Below, one piece after another: positions 1 to 11,699 of a stretch of DNA of 64,000 nucleotides. Position 1 is the stretch's first letter, and every line of letters begins with the position of its first letter. Under the pieces are notes generated by a model, which saw only the letters and a list, made by a program, of their open reading frames with translations, was not told where the DNA came from and ran no database searches. The stretch lies in assembly GCA_951406725.2 (NCBI GenBank), contig OX597815.1, forward strand, positions 2,914,001-2,978,000, written 5' to 3'. The position numbers and the translations under genes were made by a program. This DNA is from Octopus vulgaris. Lineage: Eukaryota.

Positions 1-135
1 CCCAGTGCATAACTGGTACTCTGCTAAAGGGAAGAGACACCGCAAAGACAAGGCAGCTAAATTGCAACACAAAGTCAAACAGAGAAAGACTGGTGGAAAT
101 AAGAAGGAAGCCGCAACAATATACTAAGAGACTAA

Positions 136-538
136 GGCGGCGAGTAGCTGGCAGAAAGGTTAGCACGTCGGGCGAAATGCGGAGCCGTATTTCGTCTGCC
201 GTTACGTTCTGAGTTCAAGTTCCGCCGAGGTCGACTTTGCCTTTCATCCTTTCGGGGTCGAATAAATAAGTACCAGTTACGCACTGGGGTCAGTATAATC
301 GACTTAATCCCTTTCTCTGTCCTTGTTTGTCCTTTCTGTGTTTAGCCCCTTGTGGGTAGTAAAGAAATAGGTATTTCGTCTGTTTTTACATTCTGAGTTC
401 AAATTCCGCCGAGGCCGACTTCGCCTTTCATTCTTTCGGGCTTGATAAATAAAGTACCAGTTGCGTACTAGGGTCGATCTCATTGATTGGCTACCCTCCC
501 GACAAATTTCGAGCCTTGTGCCTAGAGTAGAAAAGAAT
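136..538 (+). mobile_element. tRNA-derived SINE family A, dimeric copy
   Basis: Head GGCGGCGAG...GCTGGCAGAA, B-box-like GAGTTCAAxTCC, core GCCTTTCATCCTTTCGGGGTCG. More than 15 copies in the window. Confidence 0.85.
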
Positions 539-799
539 AAACTAGGAAACTGATATCAGATCGGTGTGGAGGAGGAGGGGGGGCAAAACTGAAGAGCTAC
601 AATACTCTGCTTGAATAAACAACATGAAAGCGTTTTACCCAGGACTCGAGCTGAACATTCCAACGTATGCAGTGTTCATAGACTTCATAAAGGGTTTTTG
701 ACACAGTAAGAAAGCTTATCAAGTCATGTCAAAGCCGTGGGCAGTCATAGTCGCAACGACTGACTGCGGAGTAACAACAACAACAACAACAACAACAAT

Positions 800-1325
800 A
801 AATGCCCTGATGTAACACCAGGCATTGGCTCTCGTGTCTTTTGATCTTAACTGATTGGAAGTGTTATCATGTACATTGTTTTGTCTTGGTATAAAAGATG
901 GGCTACAGCAAATATTCTGCTCAATACCACAGATTTACTTGTCAGTTGTTTGACCTTAACCAGTTGAGCATGTCCTTTGGTGGCTGATGATATGTGCATC
1001 TCTGACCTCGGCCAGAAGTAGTGGGGGAGCATCATAGTGTTGAGAGGAATTCTTTGGGGTTTGGAAACATGGGTGGTTCGTCCAACATCCTTAAACAATC
1101 CGAGCGGGATGGGTCACTCGACCAGAAAAAAATTCTAACTGGGCTCCACCTGCAAGGTCATGTGTTGTTTATCTTGATAAGAGATCACCATGTTGCGCAC
1201 ATAGGGTTGTGATGCATGTACCTGGTGTACCCTTATCAGACGGGTAGTCATGATGGGTATACTGGGCTTCGTATATTTTACCCCAGTGTCACTTTGATGA
1301 CATGCACTACTCTCGTTCAATAATA
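800..1325. repeat. Unclassified interspersed repeat flanked by (AAC)/(AAT) runs; second copy at about 45990-46460
   Basis: Near-identical block AAAAGATGGGCTACAGCAAATATTCTGCTCAATACC...CCCCAGTGTCACTTTGATG occurs twice. Confidence 0.75.
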
Positions 1326-1564
1326 ATAGTAATCAACGCTCGAAGACTAGATATATATTTCTTTACTGCCCACAAGGGGTTAAACAGAGGGGACAAACAA
1401 GGACAAAGTCGATTACACCGATCCCAGTGTAAAACTGGTACTTTATCTTTCGACCCCCAAAGGATGAAAGCCAAAGTCGACCTCGGCGGAATTTGAACTC
1501 AGAACGTAACGGCAGACGAAATACGGCTACGCATTTCGCCCGGCGTGCTAACGATTCTGCCAGA

Positions 1565-2170
1565 TATATTTGTGGTAGATAAAGAGAAAAGGAAACCAGA
1601 ATTATAGATACTGCAATACCTGGAGATGCATACATATGTGACAAAGAATTAGAAAAGATTGAAAAATAAAGACAACTAAATCGCAAGAATGTGGAGTATG
1701 AAGAGAGTGTTTGTCGGTCCAGTAGTTGTAAGGGTCACTCGAAGCACTAACAACCAAGTTCGAGAAATATGTCAGAAAATTCGGAATTGACATGAGAGCA
1801 GGGCAAGCCCCCAAAACTGCTCTGCTGGGGACAGCTAGGATTTTGAGATTGGTACTTGGATGTTGAATGTCTTCCATGATAATTAACAACCTAGTATCAA
1901 AGCTTAAAATGTGCGGAAAGAGAGCCTGTGAGACCTCTGACAGCAGGCTGCTGTCTGCTCTCAGAGAATCTACCAGAACAAACAAGGCCGAACGTTCTGA
2001 GAAGTAAAGCAGTAATAATAATAATAACAATAATGATAATAATAATATTTTATATAATTAAAATATATAAAGTTAAAATGTAGCCCGTGAGACCTCTGAT
2101 AGAAGGCTGCTGTCTGCTCTCAGAGAATCTACCAGAACAAACAAGGCCGAACGTTCTGAGAAGTAAAGCA

Positions 2171-2220
<50 letters not shown>
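1565..2220 (+). mobile_element. R4/Dong-type (RLE) non-LTR retrotransposon 3' fragment with (TAA)n tails
   Basis: Decayed reading IDTAIPGD...DKELEKIEK...RMWSMKRV...KTALLGTARILRLVL, typical of the restriction-like endonuclease C-terminus. Followed by an ~85-bp duplication (about 1925-2010 / 2085-2170) and (TAA)n. Confidence 0.65.
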
Positions 2221-2221
<1 letters not shown>

Positions 2222-2754
2222 GTTCCAGATTTTGGCACAAGGCCAGTAACTTTGGGGGAGGGGAGAAAATCGATTACATCGATCCCCAGTACTCACCTGG
2301 TTCTTATTTTATCGACCCCGAAAGGATGACAGGTAAAGTCTACCTCGGCGAAATTTGAACTCCAAACGTAAGGACAGACGAAATGCTCCAAGCGCTTTGT
2401 CCATCGTGCTAACGATTCTACCAGTTCCGAAAAGAAACACACTCTAAAACGTTAGAGCTGCGATATATTTAGAAGGTCGTTTGTTATGGCCGGTCAGAGG
2501 GTGGCCGTTGGTTTCGCACCTGTAAAGCTCCATTTATGGATGGCATGCCTTCCTTTTTTAAACGCCATCCGTATTTGGCCAGGAACCTGATGTTGGGCTT
2601 TTCCGGTATCCCAAAGGACAACCTGTGGTTGCTCAGCTGTCGCCTGTGGAACCGACATATTCCTGTCTTTGTGCTCTTGCACTTGGGGTGTTACTGTTGT
2701 TGGTGTTGCTGTCGTCAACTCTGCTGCTGTCGCCGCTGCTGCTGCTGTTGTTGT

Positions 2755-2950
2755 TGTTGAGCAACAAGACGGGTAAGGGTGATTAGGTGATGGTCTAGGG
2801 CTTAGGGGCGGGAGACCCCAGACCTTGGAAAATAAAAAGAAAAAAACTTTGGTCGTCTTGTTGTAGTTGAGGGCTCTTCGTTGACGCCCGACACCACTGG
2901 GAGGTGGTCTGCAAAGTCACTGGAAATGGAGATCTCCAGGTCCAAATTCT
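2755..2950 (-). repeat. Interspersed repeat, second copy at about 14605-14800 on +
   Basis: Shared GGAGATCTCCATTTCCAG...CCCTAAGCCCTAGACCATCACCTAATCACCCTTACCC segment ending in (CAA)n. Confidence 0.65.
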
Positions 2951-3499
2951 TAGACGGCTGCTGCTGCTGCTGCAGGTGTTGTTACTGGTGTCGTTACCTT
3001 TGTTGTTATTTCTAGACATATCCTAGTGTTGCTGTTGCCCGTGGTGTAGCCGCCATTGCTCGCTGCATTGTTGCTACTGTTGTTGCTGTTGGCGCTTTGT
3101 TGCCGCCACTGGCGATGCTATTAGTCACCGTTGTTGCTGTCATCGGCGGATGTGCCGTTGGTGCTATTAGTGCCACTGTTACTAACGCTGCCGCTGTGGT
3201 TGCCAGATCCGGTCACCCCCTCAGCCTTATACTCTACCCCCTTGGCGTAGTGTCCACCCTCCCTCCATTGGGCAGTCATTGGCAACTTCAGTCAGGACCT
3301 TCTTCGAGACGGCCTCCAGCCAGGTCTTCACTAAGTTCTGCAGCTTGGACTTCAGTGACCTGTGGCTCCTGCTCTCCCGGAACCCTACATAAACATCCTG
3401 CCTCTCATTGTATCTTGGGGCTGCTCACTAATATCTTCTTAAAGTTGGACGCGCGACTGAAAGAGACTCTGGAGTTGTGTCTATGAAACAAACGTCCGA

Positions 3500-3960
3500 A
3501 TCTGTGTGATGTGTGAAGTGTTTATCCACTATTCTAAGGAATATCCTTCCCACTCAACTCTTGACATTGAGTGAAAAGGGGCGGAGTTAACCAAGCGACT
3601 TTGCGGTGGCGTTTCTTTTTGCCTGTGCCAGGATCTGGCATATAGGAGATGCGGCCCTTAAACCCACTGGACTTTGATGAAAGAGGGGGGCTGCAGCGTC
3701 GAAAATCCCTACTTTTATTGAACAGCAGCGTTTTCCAAGAGTGCATAATCAATTCTATGTCCCTATCACTAATATCAGTGAAATTTCTAGGGAACATAAG
3801 TGCCGTAACCCTTTCGATATAGACAGATAAAAATCGACTGTATCGAATTGGGTAAACCTTGCGCTGCATCTGTCCTGGTTGGCTTAGATGTAGCGTTGCT
3901 GTTCGTACACAAACATCATACAATCTGCTTTTCCCTCGGGAACAGAAGCCTTTTATTACC
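3500..3960 (-). mobile_element. Penelope-like element reverse transcriptase fragment
   Basis: Peptide FTDISDRDIELIMHSWKTLLFNK resembles the PLE RT region (I..I..xRKSLLF). Frame is disrupted. Confidence 0.5.
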
Positions 3961-5490
3961 AACAAAGGTCATAGCTCCCTGAACTTTCTCCCACCTGTTT
4001 CTATTGCAGCAGCTATACATCCAGAACACCCTCCTTCGCTGCTAATTATGGCACCTTGATAGCAGAAACTATCTACTATCTCCAGAGAGTCTCCGGGCAT
4101 TTGAGAAAATCTATTTCCCATGTGTCTTTTGTGTTTATTGCTCTTGCGCCTCTTCCACACTACTTTCTCTTTTTAACTTCCTGTGAATCCGCTGTATTTC
4201 ACGTGTGCTCATTGCTCGTACTGGATACACCGCATGGAATTCCTTCCTGCTCCCTTCTTACATATCAAACAGGACCATTAATCTGACTAGAAGTGAGTCA
4301 TGTCTGTTTCCATGCTTACTACGAAGTCGGTCTATGCTATTTTAACTTCAAGGCCCTTTGCCTTCACACCTGGAATGTCTTTTTTTCGTTCTTCTACACA
4401 TTCCGCTATTAAGAACGAGGGGAGCAGGTCTTACATTTCTGTTAAGAATGGAGGTTTATGACGAGCAAGAGGGAACTCAATACCTAGTTCTTGTAAACTT
4501 CCACTCGTACTCTGAATTCGATGTTATATACGTGGCTGACTCTCACCCCACTGATTGCATCCCCGTGCATGGCTTGTGTGATTTTCACAAGGCATTCATC
4601 AACTCTTTGCTTCCTTAGAGACAATCGGATCACAGAAGGAGGGATTCTGTGGAAGGCTTTCTCCCGGTCAACAAATGCCAATATAGTTTACTTTTAGCTA
4701 GATATTTTACCTGCAGTTCTCTTACTGGGAAGAAGGCATCGTAGTATCCATCCCTGGCGCAAAACCGAACTGCATCTCGTCTAGTCTAATCCTGTTCCTA
4801 TTTTAACTTTCTTCGGTTTGATACCACTGCAATAAATTCTATCAAAGGCACCTTATTTACTCTTATAACCGTTGACTATAATGCTGACATACCAGTTATT
4901 AGGTATGACCCCTTCCTGTTCAACTCAATTAATTATATGGGCAATTGTGCCGTATCTTACTCAGCCTGATATTTCAAGCTTCTCAGCAATGATTCATGAT
5001 AGACCAACGGATTTCCCTGTCTTCTTATCCTCGTTGTTTTATCTATCATACTGCTGTCAACTTGAACGGCTAGTCCCTTTCTTGGGTTCATATTCAGCAG
5101 ACCCTCTTTTTCCCATGCATTCTCCACGTTTAGTAACCTTTCATAGAAGCACTTCCGCGCCTTTTTTTCCCAGGATCATTCAGTGTAAGTGTGTCGTTAT
5201 CCATCTGTACACACTTCTCGCCCACAACATCTCGACTCTCTATTTTATGAGACATGTCACACCTCTGATCTTCACGCTATAAAACACTGGCAAATCTCCC
5301 ACTTTCTGCCGTGTAACCCTGTTACCTGGCTTCCTTTCTGGCGACCTGATATAGTTCTCTGCTACAACCATTTCCCCAGTTTTACCAGGCCTACTCTTAC
5401 GCTTTTCTATCTCTATCTACCTCACTGTTCCAACGAGGCGTCACCCTTAGCCTGCACCAGCCATAGATCTGGTCTGTAGCTCTCAGTCGA
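3960..5490 (-). mobile_element. RTE-clade LINE, decayed ORF fragment
   Basis: Peptides MAFVDREKAFHRIP and VDSFCYQG...GGCSG...KFREL match the other RTE copies in the window. Confidence 0.8.
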
Positions 5491-5697
5491 CCGTTCTGTA
5501 AAAACTTCCAATTGCTGGGTCATTGAGATTCCATTTCTTCATTTTCCAGACCGGTTTGGTTTTCTGAGTCCTTCTGGCTCTAAGACGGAAGTCTGAACCA
5601 CACACACACACACACACACACATATATAGAAGGAGAGAGAGAGAGAGAGAGAGAAAGACTGAGAGAGCACCTCTTAAACCAAGAAATAAAGCGAAAA

Positions 5698-6915
5698 CAG
5701 TGGGCGACACTGATAACTGATAATCGCTAACTTTTATGAATTTAGCTTCGCTTTTTTTTTTCGTCTCTAAAACCCTTAAAATCAGACCTAGATTGCTGAA
5801 ATTTTCATGTGGCTTAGACATTGAGCTTTCCAAAAAGCTATAGCATGCCAAGATCAAATGGTGATCAAGGTGTACGTAAATAGTTAAATGAACAAATGAA
5901 ATTAAACGTTAGTTTTTCAATCAACATACACATTAATTACTGTACAAAAAAGTACTAAACGAATCATAAAAGGTATAGCATGGGTATCATGCCAAACTCA
6001 GATGATGATTAAGGTGTACTACTCTGGTTGGGCCTTCTCCATCGCCTCGACTTGATGCTGGTTGCCCTTCATAAACAAGAACATCTCAAAGTCACCATCT
6101 GACAGGGTACCTCTCTTGGCCTCTCAAAATATCTTTGTCAATAGAGTATAGGCGCTCGACTGCAGCACTGGATGGGATGGCAGTGTTATAATTGGTGAAC
6201 ATGTCGATCAAGATCTGCTCACCCAAAAGGGCAACTTCAGTCAGGAACTTCTTCGAGACGGCCTCCAGCCAGGTCTTCACCAAGTTCTGCAGCTTGGACT
6301 TCAGTGACCTGTGGCTCCTGCTCTCCCGGAACCAAGTGATCTTGCTGAAGAAATCATCTTCCTCATCCTCACTGCCGGCGGTGTTGCTCCTCATTGGTCT
6401 CCCTTAAGGTTGTCTCTACGGCCGTCTCTATGGCGTTTAGGTCTTCTAGGAGGAACCCAAACCATTTCGTGATGCCTGCCAGTAACGCGTCTACCAGAGG
6501 ACTGCAGTACAGGAGATGTTTGGCCTCCTTCAACTTCATGACGGTAGCCGCTGCAGTTGGCAGAAGGCTCCCGAGATAGGCCTGGTCCACCCGCTGGATT
6601 TTATCCCAGGCCTCGGCAACATCAGACATCACCTGGGTGTACTCCTTCAGGAAGCCGATCAATGAAGGTCTGAATCAATGAAGGTCTGCAGCTTCAGTTG
6701 TATCATCCCCTATTCTTTTTCAACTGGTTGTTGAGGACAGCAACAGAGTCAGATGTTGATCAAGGTGTACTACTCTGGCTGGGCCTTCTCCATCGCATCG
6801 ACCTGATAATGGTTGTCCTTCATAAACAAGAACATTTCAAAGTCACCATCTGACAGGCTACTTCTCTTGGCCCCTCAACATATCTTTGCCTAGAGAGAAT
6901 AGGCGCTCAACTGTT
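5698..6915 (-). mobile_element. hAT-superfamily transposase pseudogene (C-terminal dimerisation domain) with internal duplication
   Basis: FTNYNTAIPSSAAVERLYS...LSDGDFEMFLFMKGN is the hAT dimerisation motif. Segment 6010-6160 is repeated at 6760-6910, and a further piece lies at 3290-3380. Putative terminus CAGTGGGCG at 5698. Confidence 0.8.
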
Positions 6916-7479
6916 GTTGACAACAATGTTGTTGACAACCTACGGCAGAAATTGTATTCACCTCAATAGACGTCATTGATTGGTTGAAATTACCGAAATG
7001 CAAGAAATTAAACAACAAATAGCTTACAAACTACATAATTTTCTCAAGAAAGCCAAGAGAAAAAGATGTTTTATGTAACACATTCTACCAGTATACGAAG
7101 TTTAAAAGTGTTTAGTTACAAAAAATTATTTTAAAAATCTGCCGGTCAAAGTGAAAAGATCCCAAATGTACTTTAAACAAATTCCAGAATGTAAAATGGG
7201 GAATCGTCCAGAAAAGTAATTTTCTTTTCAACATAATAGTAATCAAAACGTATGAGGAAATAAAGTCGAGGTGTGTGAAATATCTGAAACTCCCTTTACT
7301 CGCATCCGAATTAATTTTCCCAACAAATTCCGAAATAATCGTAGTCTTCTCCAATTGAAACGTATTCGTAGAAAATTTCATTAAAAAATATCCATTTTTC
7401 TGAAAGATATGAGGTGGGACAGGCTTATTGGTGTACCGATTCATAGGCGTGGCACTTACAGTCTGCCAAACTGGATTAT

Positions 7480-7842
7480 GGAAGCACTCCGTCGGTTACG
7501 ACGACGAGGGTTCCGGTTGATCCGAATGAACGGAACAGCCTGCTCGTGAAATTAACGTGTAAGTGGCTGAGCACTCCACAGACACGTGTACCCTTAGTGT
7601 ACCAGAGAGTGACAAGGCCGGCCCTTTTGAAACACAGGTACAACAGAAACAGGAAGTAAGAGTGAGAGAAAGTTGTGGTGAAAGAGTACAGCAGGGATCA
7701 CCACCATCCCCTGTCGGAGCCTCGTGGAGCTTTTAGGTGTTTTCGCTCAATAAACACTCACAACGCCCAGTCTGGGAATCGAAACCGCGATCCTATGACC
7801 GCGAGTCCGCTGCCCTAACCACTGGGCCATTGCGCCTCCACT
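7480..7842 (-). mobile_element. tRNA-derived SINE family C (octopus OR/OK-like); other copies at 15382-15780 (+), 58950-59250 (+), 62775-63173 (-)
   Basis: Head TGGAGGCGCAATGGCCCAGTGGTTAGGGCAGCGGACTCGCGGTC...GGTTTCGATTCC with A and B boxes, repeated four times. Confidence 0.8.
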
Positions 7843-7961
7843 CTGCCAAACTACGTCCTTTGTAGCAAATCTGAAACATCAAAATTACGAATAAAATCAT
7901 AAAATCATAAAAAATATGATTTAACAATAAAAAGACTGATGTAAAAATCACTTATGAAATG

Positions 7962-8548
7962 TATTTCTTTATTGCCCACCAGGGGATGAACATAGAGGGA
8001 CAAACAAAGGGATTAAGTCGATTATATCGACACCAGTGCGTAACTGGTACTTTATTTATCGACCCCGAAAGGATGAAAGGCAAAGTCGACCTCGGCGTAA
8101 TTTGAACTCAGAATGTAAAAACAGACGAAATACCTATTTCTTTACTACCCACAAAGGGGCTAAAAACAGAGGGGACAAACAAGGACAGACAAACAGATTA
8201 AGTCGATTACATCGACCCCAGTGAGTAACTGGTACTTATTTATTCGACCCCGAAAGGATGAAAGGCAAAGTCGACCTCGGCGGAATTTGAACTCAGAACG
8301 TAGCGACCGGCGAAATACGGCTACGCATTTCTTTACTACCCACAAGGGGCTAAAAACAGAGGGGACAAACAAGGGCAGACATAGGTATTAAGTCGATTAT
8401 ATCGACTCCAGTGGGTAACTGGCACTTAATTTATTGACCCCGAAAGGATGAAAGGCAAAGTCGACCTCGGCGGAATTTGAACTCAGAACGTAACGGCAGG
8501 CAAAATACGGCTACGCATTTCGCCCGGCGTGCTAACGTTTCTGCCAGC
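7962..8548 (-). mobile_element. SINE family A, tandem trimer
   Basis: Three consecutive copies of CGACCCCGAAAGGATGAAAGGCAAAGTCGACCTCGGCG with only one complete head. Confidence 0.85.
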
Positions 8549-8549
8549 G

Positions 8550-8844
8550 AAGTGATCTGTGCGTCTGTGCCGGATAATCACTACAAAAGGTACACTATGT
8601 GGTTGAACACCGCTTTCTCTTATCGCACCTTGCATTACAAATCCACATTGTCGTCTCCTTTGTTATTGTTTATTATTGCAGCTGTTATTGTTGTTGTTGC
8701 AGTTTTTGCATAAATCTCTTTAACGATATTAACACTGTAAAGAATATATTTATCAAAATAGTCGACATTTATCCGCCAAAGAAGCCACATTTCCCAGCAA
8801 CGAGCAAAAACAGAAGCCATGGTCTAACGTTAATTAAGGTAAGC
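8550..8844 (+). promoter_or_regulatory. Candidate promoter / non-coding first exon of HLCS
   Basis: Unique CpG-retaining sequence ending in a strong donor AAG|GTAAGC at 8839. An upstream exon is needed because the first coding exon starts at an acceptor. An alternative donor TCG|GTAAGG lies at 10687. Confidence 0.3.
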
Positions 8845-10025
8845 CTTTCCTGTTAACACACCTGCCGAAACTTAAACGAATCGATATCGTGATTTTATTT
8901 GATTTTATCTCAAGTAAAATGAGTAATTGTCTATGTTAGTTAATTAATTCTATAATTAATTGTTCCTCCACCTTCTTCGCCTCACCAATCCCTGTCTTGA
9001 TTACACCTTAATTTTGTTAATGAATATTCCTATTTCTTTACTACCCACAAAGGGGCTAAACACAGGGAGGACAGACACACGGATTAAGTCGATTATATGG
9101 ACCTCAGTGCATAACTGGTACTTATTTAATCGACCCCGAGAGGTTGAAAGGCAAAGTCGACCTCGGCGGAATTTGAACTCAGAACGTAAAGCATTTCGCC
9201 CGGCGTGCTAACGATTTTGAATCTTATCTTTCTGATGTTTAACCCCAGGTTCGCCTTCAATCAGCTTATGTTCTCAAAGGCTTTCCAGCCATGACTGCTC
9301 TATGTATATCCAAGATTACATTGCTCAATATATCTAATTTTTTTTATGTTAATCTAAAAGGTGTGATTTTGAGGATAGAGTTTGGCTGTTATTTCGAGCA
9401 TCCGAGAGTCCCTTGCGGACCCATCAGGGACCTCTTTTATAGTATCAAGGTTTTTAAGTCCAATAAAAAAAAATTTTAAAAAAACATCAGAATTTTAGTT
9501 ACAATAATATTAGGGCCCCATTCAAGACAATCTCCGTAGAACAAACATGTTTTCACCAAACATACCGGCTTCACAGGGTTACACACAAGGAATTCTCTAA
9601 TTTACCTTAAAGATATTTTATCTTTATTTTATTTTATCTTGCTCTTTCGTTCTTTAAATTTTTGCACAAGGGTAAACATTTTTCGTGAATAATAAATAGT
9701 TCCATATTAAATTTCTTTCCAACGACTCCTTAATTCAGCCTCAGACCTTTGTATGCTTTTCAACATTGCTGTTCCATGTTTGTGTCACTTATAAGCGACA
9801 CCAGCCATAAAACAGCAACTTTAATACATTATTTATTGAACAAATATATTCCATCTGAAGCTTAGAATAAATGCCTGCTAATTAAGCTAATTAAGCCGGT
9901 ACAACGGATGGTTAATGACGGGTGTACGAAGAAATATAGAAAGCAGAATGACAACCGAACTTACATATATACCCCTTATTGTATCGCTACGTTTATTTTT
10001 TACTTGTTAAATACTTGTTCTAAAC

Positions 10026-10057
<32 letters not shown>

Positions 10058-11699
10058 ATATATATTTGCCTATGTGAGTTACAAGTAATGTTATATGAGG
10101 AGCTATATCTGTAGTAAATAGGAATAAGCGGTCTTTGGCTGCTATTTCTAAATTTTCGGTATGTGGCTAATATATATTGTTGCTATAACCCTATATATAT
10201 ATATATATATGGATGTGATCCTTCGTTGATTTTCCCTTATACCTATGTGAGTTATTTCTGAGTATGCATTGTCTGGGAGACTTTTCTTGCAGTAGAAGAA
10301 ATAGCCAAATTTTTGGCTGCTATTTCTAAAAAGTTCGGTATGTGGTAAAGTAAATTATTTTACTTTACCCTATTTTTATAAAGTAATATTTCAAATATAC
10401 CGTAAATGGTCGTTTTACATACCGAACACTGCTCGGTCAAATTAATTAATAATTAATTAATTTTACCCTTTTTTATTGACAATATATATATACACATACA
10501 TACAAATTACTTCATCTCTTGTATGTATTTCGATAGGAACATAAATGCGGGTACATTAACATTTTTAACAAGAAACATGTTCGTAATTTAAAGAAAAGTA
10601 ATTATTTGAAAAGAGTTTAAAAAAAAAAATCAACAAATGTTATTGTTCAAAATGTAGGATGAGCCATTCCCAAAGCGCAGTTTTCGGTAAGGCACTGTTA
10701 CCGAAATAGAAGAACAATTTCCTATACTGCTACACATGTATAGAAATAAAGGGAGGAAGGTATGTGAATTAAATCGACTTTCGTAGATTGCTGTTGTTTT
10801 ATTAACCCCCAAAGGAAAAATTGGGTCAAGTCGACATCAGTGGGGTTTGAACCTAGAAAGCAAAAGGGCATAATTGAATCCCTCGAGTTATTTTGTCTGT
10901 AGTTTTACTTGTAATCTCGTCCATGGTGAACCTAACTAATGTTCAATACGTGATGCTTCAGTGACCTCAGCGAGTCTCTGGGTGAGGTCATCCACGACTT
11001 TTAATCAAGGGCATTGTAACGTGAGACAGTCGGTTCTGATCTGTAAATCGAACGACAAGCTATCGATTTGGTTCGCCCCAGAACTCACCTCATCGAAAAT
11101 AAATTAATAAACAGCCCCCGATAAGCTGTTTAATTCACCGATAACTGAATAGAGCAACAGACATTAAGTAGTTTTTCCTTTATTCATTATCAACATTACC
11201 TGGCAAATTAAGTGATTAATTAAGTGACATCAGCCACTTGTATGTTTTCTTCGATAGACAAAGGCCAAATAAGGAAGGAAGGGAAATAACTACAACTGGA
11301 ACAGAAACAGGGGCCAGTTCACCTTATTTTGGCAATACGAAAATTTGTACTATTTAAATATAAGCGCGCACGTGTGTGTGTGTGTTGGTTTTTGTTTGAT
11401 GATATAAATCTGCGTAACCCCTTCGCCTGAAATTACCAATGACGGTCCCTGCTTGCATTTGGTCTCTCTTTCAATAAAATCTGAATCGCCAGTCATATAT
11501 TTCCCATCTACGTTAATAACATTGCTCAGAAACACATCCGATCAAAGCATTCCAGATGTGACTGTCCTATCTGTTTTTGAGGGGAGTGTATCTACATTGA
11601 CTAATGTGGTTTGATGGTGATTTAGCTAAAGACAACCAGGGTGGGAAAGAAAGATCTGGAAACTTAAGGATCCCCTCAATGGTCAACGATTTAGAGACT

